Below are positions 58,751 through 64,000 of a stretch of DNA of 64,000 bases, piece after piece. The notes beneath the pieces are model-generated. The model made no database searches and was not told the DNA's origin. It saw only the letters and a list, made by a program, of their open reading frames with translations. Within the stretch, counting starts at the first letter, position 1. Each line of letters opens with the position of its first letter. Position numbers and translations under genes: made by a program. Source of the stretch: Octopus sinensis (taxonomy: Eukaryota). The stretch spans positions 32,550,001-32,614,000 of the forward strand of contig NC_042997.1 of the NCBI RefSeq assembly GCF_006345805.1. The letters are read 5' to 3'.

Positions 58751-58789
<39 letters not shown>

Positions 58790-60829
58790 CATAAATATAA
58801 AAGAATTGGATGCTTACTTTTTCTTCTCGGCTAACACCAGCTTCTGAATCGCTCCCTGCATCCCGGGGCTGCATTTCAAATACTGTGCGGAAAAGATGCT
58901 CTGATGTACTTGTGAGGAATTCAATTTCTGCATTCGGATGTAAACCATATAAATAGGGACTTTCTAGCGGCATCATCTCATCAATATATGTGTGATAGCC
59001 CTTGTAGTCAATATTTGGTGGAATTGGGAATCCAGGAGCCAAATAGAGCTCTGTATCAAGCTGTAATGTAATATAGAATAAAAAAGTTAGTGGATGCAAA
59101 TGATAAACAAAGCGTAGTATTCATGTGGGAACTGAATTAAAGTGTTGCATTTTGTTTTATTTTTTGTGTTACTATGGGGTAGTGAAGGCAATCTATCTAG
59201 GGAGATAACCTTACAATAAATCACTGGGTCCGTAGCTTAGAAATACTGGGTTGACGTCCAGCGGGAACAGCTTTGTTTCATGGAGGAGGAAAGATCTTCT
59301 TTAGTACTTGGTTGTACAATGCTTTCCAATGTGTGTAGTAGTGGCGCGCGCACACATTATTAGCCATTTGAAAAGACTATGAAAGTCTCGACCACGGTCG
59401 AACAATGATGATGATGATGATGATGATTGGGTTGTCCGGAAAGTTTGTGGCGATTTATAGTAGCTTACCTTTTGACTTATTTTAGAACATGGTTGAGTCC
59501 ATAAAATAGGATTTGACTACACCTCCATTTAGATCACAGTTTAAGCTATCTTTTCGTGGAAGAAGGTTTATGTTCCTATAACCTGTGTTAATTCTGTAAC
59601 CCTTTAAAATGGAAGATAAGAAAGTTCATTTTCGGCATTTGATGCTTTGGGAACCAGGCAAAAATTGCTGCAGCTTGGCTGGGATGTCTTACCCAACAAT
59701 CCATATTCACCAGATATGGCTCCTTCAGATTTCCACTTATTCAGGTCTCTGCAGAATAGTCTTAATGGTAAAAATTTCAATTCCTTGGATGACGTAAAAA
59801 GATACCTTGATGAATTCTTTGCCATGAAACCACCTCAATTCTGGGAAGAGGGTATTTTCAAGTTAAAGGAAAGATGGTGACGCATTGTGCAACAAAATGG
59901 TTCTTATTTGGTTGATTAAAAATGTAATGATAAGTATTTATTGACCTTTTTCTTTGCTTTAAAAATTGGCATGAACTTTCTGGACAACCCAATAGTAGTA
60001 CTGGAAATGCTAATAATGGCAATAGTGATGATGATGAGAGTGTAGTATTTATTTATTATAATAACAAATGACCGAGACCTTTGGCAATATACTGCACTTG
60101 AAAAGGAAGATCCATCAAGCAAGTGAAATCATAATTGAGGCAGATACTGGTGTATTGCAGCTGGTACCTGTGCCAATGGTACGTAAAAGCACCCATCACA
60201 CTCTCAGAGTGGTTGGCATTAGGTAGGGTATCCAGCTGTAGAAACCATGCCAGATCAGACTGGTGTCTGGTGGAGCCCCTCAACTTACCAGCCCTGGTTA
60301 AACCATCCAACCCATGTCAGCATGGACAAATGGACACTAATGGACAGCTGCTGCTGGTTGTGGTGGTGTGGTGGTGGTGGTGGTGGTGGTGATGATGATG
60401 ATGAGGAGGAGGAGGAGGAAGAGGAAGTATTATTTTTTGGAAAGAGGATGTTAGTAAAGTGGGAAGTAATGCCAAGGAAGATAGTGATGGTGGTAGTAGT
60501 AAAAGGCAACAACTCACCATGTCTGGATGCATGTACACTTCAAGATAAGTTATACAAAGTCGTCTGTCCCAGTCATCTGTGATGTGCCCTCCATACATGA
60601 TTTCTCCAAAAAGATAGCGTAAATCCTCCCAGGGGACTTTGCTGTTGGCTTCCAAGTAGTTGTACAGCACATTAACACTGATTGTCAGATCACCAACATT
60701 AAAAGGGTAAATTCGGTTCCAGCCCTGAGGTCCAAACTTTCTCCGTTCTTGAACAACGGCATGGAAATAGCAGAGAGCAAATAAGATGCTCTTAAACTCT
60801 ACTTCTCGGGCACACTTTTCCAAAGTGTC
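55596..60829 (-). CDS. DNAH9/17: Axonemal dynein heavy chain, outer-arm beta type (DNAH9/DNAH17/DNAH11 group), last four coding exons; gene continues beyond the window
   Basis: Exons 60518-60829, 58818-59060, 56868-57056, 55596-56213 are all phase 0, GT-AG. Motifs [67 protein letters not shown] and terminal [13 protein letters not shown] match AAA-lid and C-terminal domains. Confidence 0.94.
56310..56822 (+). mobile_element. RTE-type 3' UTR (second subfamily, gagcgtgatcgttgccag modules) filling most of the last dynein intron
   Basis: Repeated modules, conserved ggcgttaggaagggcatccagc motif, (gat)n tail 56797-56820. Confidence 0.8.
56868..57056 (-). CDS. DNAH9/17: Dynein heavy chain exon ([16 protein letters not shown]...LDLGLK), 63 codons
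   Basis: Acceptor atgtag|, donor |gtaaaa. Confidence 0.93.
57270..57675 (+). mobile_element. SINE family A, full length
   Basis: Same consensus. Confidence 0.88.
58400..58786. repeat. Compound (CA)n microsatellite, ~390 bp
   Basis: CA repeats interrupted by catg, cata and cgca. Confidence 0.97.
58818..59060 (-). CDS. DNAH9/17: Dynein heavy chain exon ([11 protein letters not shown]...SREEK), 81 codons
   Basis: Acceptor attacag|, donor |gtaagc. Confidence 0.93.
59427..59992 (+). mobile_element. Internally deleted mariner with both TIRs
   Basis: ttgggttgtccggaaagtt ... aactttctggacaacccaa|TA; N-terminal [15 protein letters not shown] joined to C-terminal [19 protein letters not shown]. Confidence 0.88.
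60060..60340 (+). mobile_element. RTE-LINE 3' end, internally deleted and diverged
   Basis: gaccgagacctttgg start plus conserved terminus. Confidence 0.7.
60518..60829 (-). CDS. DNAH9/17: Dynein heavy chain exon ([13 protein letters not shown]...VYMHPDM), 104 codons
   Basis: Acceptor tttaaag|, donor |gtgagt. Confidence 0.93.
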
Positions 60830-61074
60830 CTTTAAACAGATGGATAATAAAGAAATCAGAAACAAATACATAAGAAAATAATAGGCAAATAGTAACAGGT
60901 AAATGCTATACTGAAATATAACAGGTATAAATTAACACACTAATAGTCATCATCCTTTTTATTCTGCTCACTATTCCTGGAAAGGTGATAGGGATAAAGT
61001 CCACAAGCATGTCCTCCATAGGATCCTATCAGAAGCAACCATCATTACACCTTCCAGTTGAATTTTCAAGCAAT

Positions 61075-61640
61075 TTTCGAACTTTAGGTCTCACTGAGGA
61101 AATGACTAGAGACCGAGACCTTTGGAAGTATGCTGTGTGTGAGAAGACCCGGCAGGACAAGTGACACCATAACCCGTGGCCTCTACCTGGGATGTAGCTG
61201 GTCCACTTATGCATACCTTTCCTTCTTGGGACACAAAACTCTACTTGTGAAGACCTGTTGAGGCAAGTGAAAATCGAAATCAATCAACATCAATGGAAAT
61301 TGCAGCTGTGATACCAGTGCCGGTGGTACGTACGAGAACCATCCAAACGTGGCCGTTGCCAGCGCTGCCCCGACTGGCCTCGTGCCGGTGGCACATAAAA
61401 AGTACCATCCAATCGTGGCCGTTTGCCAGCCTCGTCTGGCACCTGTGCCGGTGGGACGTAAAAAGTACCCACTACACTCACGGAGTTGTTGGCGTTAGGA
61501 AGGGCATCCAGCTGTAGAAACATTGCCAGATAAGACCGGAGCCTGGTGCAGCCTCCTGGCTTCCCAGACCCTGGTCGAACTGTCCAAACCATGCTAGCAT
61601 GGAAAGCGGATGCTAAATGATGATGATGATGATGATGACC
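61075..61640 (+). mobile_element. RTE-LINE 3' end with an unexpanded 3' UTR
   Basis: Starts in ORF tail ([25 protein letters not shown]), three modules, conserved terminus, (tga)n. Confidence 0.88.
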
Positions 61641-61719
61641 AACTGAGACTATGGATATTATCAATCATCTCATTCTTGGCCTACCCCTTGGTCTCTTCTT
61701 GAAGAGCTTGTTCTGTGAT

Positions 61720-61925
61720 TCTTTCCTCCAACATTCTAATCATGTTATAATCAAATATCACATACAAATAAGAAATACAAATATAACATGTAAATGTAAA
61801 ATATAAATATAACATATAACACAAATATTGCCTATCATGTACAAATATCACATAGAGATATAACATACAAATATCACATAGAGATATAACATACAAATAT
61901 CACATGATACATAAATATAATACAA
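61720..61925. repeat. AT-rich minisatellite (catagagatataacatacaaatatca-like units)
   Basis: Two exact and several degenerate ~26-bp units. Confidence 0.7.
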
Positions 61926-62431
61926 ATTGAAATCTGGTTCCTCAAGGTTGACAAATCATGATGGCTTGGCAGATTCAAGGACTGAATTTACCAGCATTCT
62001 ATTGTACCCCGAGTCCTATTACATTTACTGATCTACTGGATTACATTACCAAAAACAGAGTCCCTTAAGTGGAAGATCAGTGGCTTTCTGTAAAAGTGGT
62101 TGGGATTTCATGCAGTCTAAACGGTGTAGCACTGTATGGGACCAGTAACATCTTGCAGCTCCAGTATGGGACCAGTAACATCTTCTCACTGAAGAATTTT
62201 AAGTAACATGAGTAAGAGAGGGCTTACTTTATATGGACTCCTGCTGGCTTCAATGTGAGAACAGAGAGGAAATGGAAGGCAGAGAAAGCAGAGCAAGTGG
62301 ATGAATCACACCTAATTCAAAAGAAGCTGGTGAGCATCTTGACAATTGGCAGAGCAGGCTAAGGTTTTTGTCCTTGCTTTTGTTTTTTTTTCCAAATACA
62401 CATGTTGGCAAGGCCCAGGGAAAAGAGAAGT

Positions 62432-63428
62432 TGTGGTGTATGCAGGAGATTTGAAATAAGGACACCTACCTTCTCTTCATTGATGAAGACCTCTCCAGCG
62501 GTAATGCACCCTTCCACGTGGCCTGACCCGAACGCTAGAAATAGCAGCTGCTTTTCTCCTACCTTGACAAAGCGCTCACACATCCAGCTCTGTCGGCTAC
62601 CCCGATTAAAAAGGCCCAATGCTCCCCTGCCTGCACGCGTGTCATTCCTGCCCCTTCCTTTTCCGGTCAGCACCAAGTTCCAGTCAGCTCCCCGGCTGCT
62701 GACGTCATCTCACAGAAGTATCATACCATTCAAGAGAAGGTCAGAGCAGATGTAGAGGAGAATGAGTGATCAGAGTTGTGAAAGGCAGGCACCATTGACA
62801 AGAGAATGTGCACCAATGCAGGATTTCTTAAGGGAGGTGATGAAAATTATAATAGTGTGCTATGGCAATGTTTTTACTCTAAATGGGTGACAACAGAGAA
62901 ACACCAAAGTATACATAATGCAGAAGTGTACCAGTCTTTCCCCAAATCTGCCAAACATGCCACATAATTGATTTTATTAAGTCCAAGGGAAGAATCTACC
63001 AACCATAAATAAGATGTTCCAATTAATAGGGGTTACAAGAAGATTTAACAACAGAAACATTTAGCTGTTCTTTGTCTTTTCACTTTTTCCTTTTCTTCCT
63101 TCCTTTTTATTTTGTAGTAGATATTTTTTTCAGCTTATCACGGCTTTCTGGCTTCACACACTGTGGGATGACATCAGCAGCTGGGGAGCTGACCGGAAGA
63201 GGAAGGGGAGGAGTGACACGCGTGCAGGCAGGGGAGCATTGGGCCTTTTTCGATCGGGGTAGCCGACAGAGCTGGATGTGTGAGTGCTTTGTCAAGGTAG
63301 GGGAAAAGCAGCTGCTATTCTTAACATTTGGATTGGGCCAAGTAGAAGGGTGCATTACCGCTGGAGAGGTCTGTGCTGACGAAGAGAAGGTAGGTGTCCT
63401 TATTTCAAATCTCCCGCATATACCACAC
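62432..63428. repeat. Inverted pair of an unclassified GC-rich ~270-280-bp repeat
   Basis: Arms 62432-62715 and 63161-63428, roughly 85% identical by eye, 445-bp spacer. Confidence 0.85.
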
Positions 63429-64000
63429 ACACAAGCTTAAATTTATCGAAAGAATATATAGTCAACATCTCTTATATATGAAGGAGCTGAGCTGGCAGAA
63501 TTTTTAGCATGTAGGATAAAATTCTTAGCAGCATTTTTTCCAGCTCCTTCTGTTCAGATTTCAAATACTGCCAAGATCAACTTTGCCCTGTGTCCCCTTA
63601 GGGTTCATAAAATAAAGTGCCATTCAAGTACTGGGACTGATGTAACTGACTTGTCTCCTCCCTTCAAAATTGCTAGCCTCGAACCCAGTATTGGATCAGT
63701 ATCTCATTTAGGGGGAACGCTGTTATCTCAGTGAAGGCACATAACTAAGTGGTTAGAATATCAGGCTCGCAATCACGAGGTAGTGAGTTCAATTCTCAGA
63801 CCAGGTAGTGTGTTGTGTTCTTGACCAATGCACTTTATTTCACGTTGCTCCAGTTCACTCAGCTGTAGAAATGAGTTGTAATATCACTGGTGCTAAACTG
63901 TATTGGCCTTTGATTTTCCTTTGGGTAACAACAGTGGTGCAAAGAGGGGAGGCTGGTATGCATGGGCGACTGCTGGTCTTCCATAAACAACCATGCCTCA

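Noticed and set aside
58235-58847. Long His/Thr- and Cys/Val-rich ORFs
   Set aside because: Translations of a (CA)n microsatellite.
60830-64000. Further dynein exons upstream of 60829
   Set aside because: The expected preceding peptide (ending roughly ...KITNEPPTG...ALDNF) was not found by eye; it is probably outside the window.

Overview
AT-rich, intron-rich animal genomic DNA. The SINE/RTE repeat landscape looks like octopus (coleoid cephalopod); this is recognition from memory, not a database result. Two host genes lie head-to-tail on the minus strand. (1) A complete GMPPA gene: 11 coding exons, 49673->7589, all GT-AG and phase-consistent, 1266 nt = 421 aa + stop. (2) The last four coding exons (60829->55596) of an axonemal outer-arm beta-type dynein heavy chain (DNAH9/17/11 group), whose upstream exons lie beyond the window. 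The rest is mostly mobile DNA: a Gypsy pol remnant split by a pogo-like transposon, about 14 RTE-LINE copies or 3' ends, CR1-like fragments, two mariner remnants, Helitron-, hAT- and piggyBac-type non-autonomous elements, several tRNA-derived SINE families and microsatellites. The most interesting non-genic signals are: a well-formed minimal type I hammerhead ribozyme on the GMPPA pre-mRNA strand (46614-46667) inside a 146-bp fold-back, plus two further hammerhead-like fold-back families; RTE 3' UTRs built from a ~62-bp double-hairpin module that expands into tandem and higher-order arrays; a 55-bp segment apparently copied from 8 kb away into an RTE tandem junction; two cases of a SINE inserted antiparallel into its own family; and a perfect 40-bp hairpin downstream of GMPPA. 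No CRISPR array, rRNA, true tRNA or prokaryotic system is supported. Exon and TSD coordinates were counted by hand; repeat boundaries are approximate.
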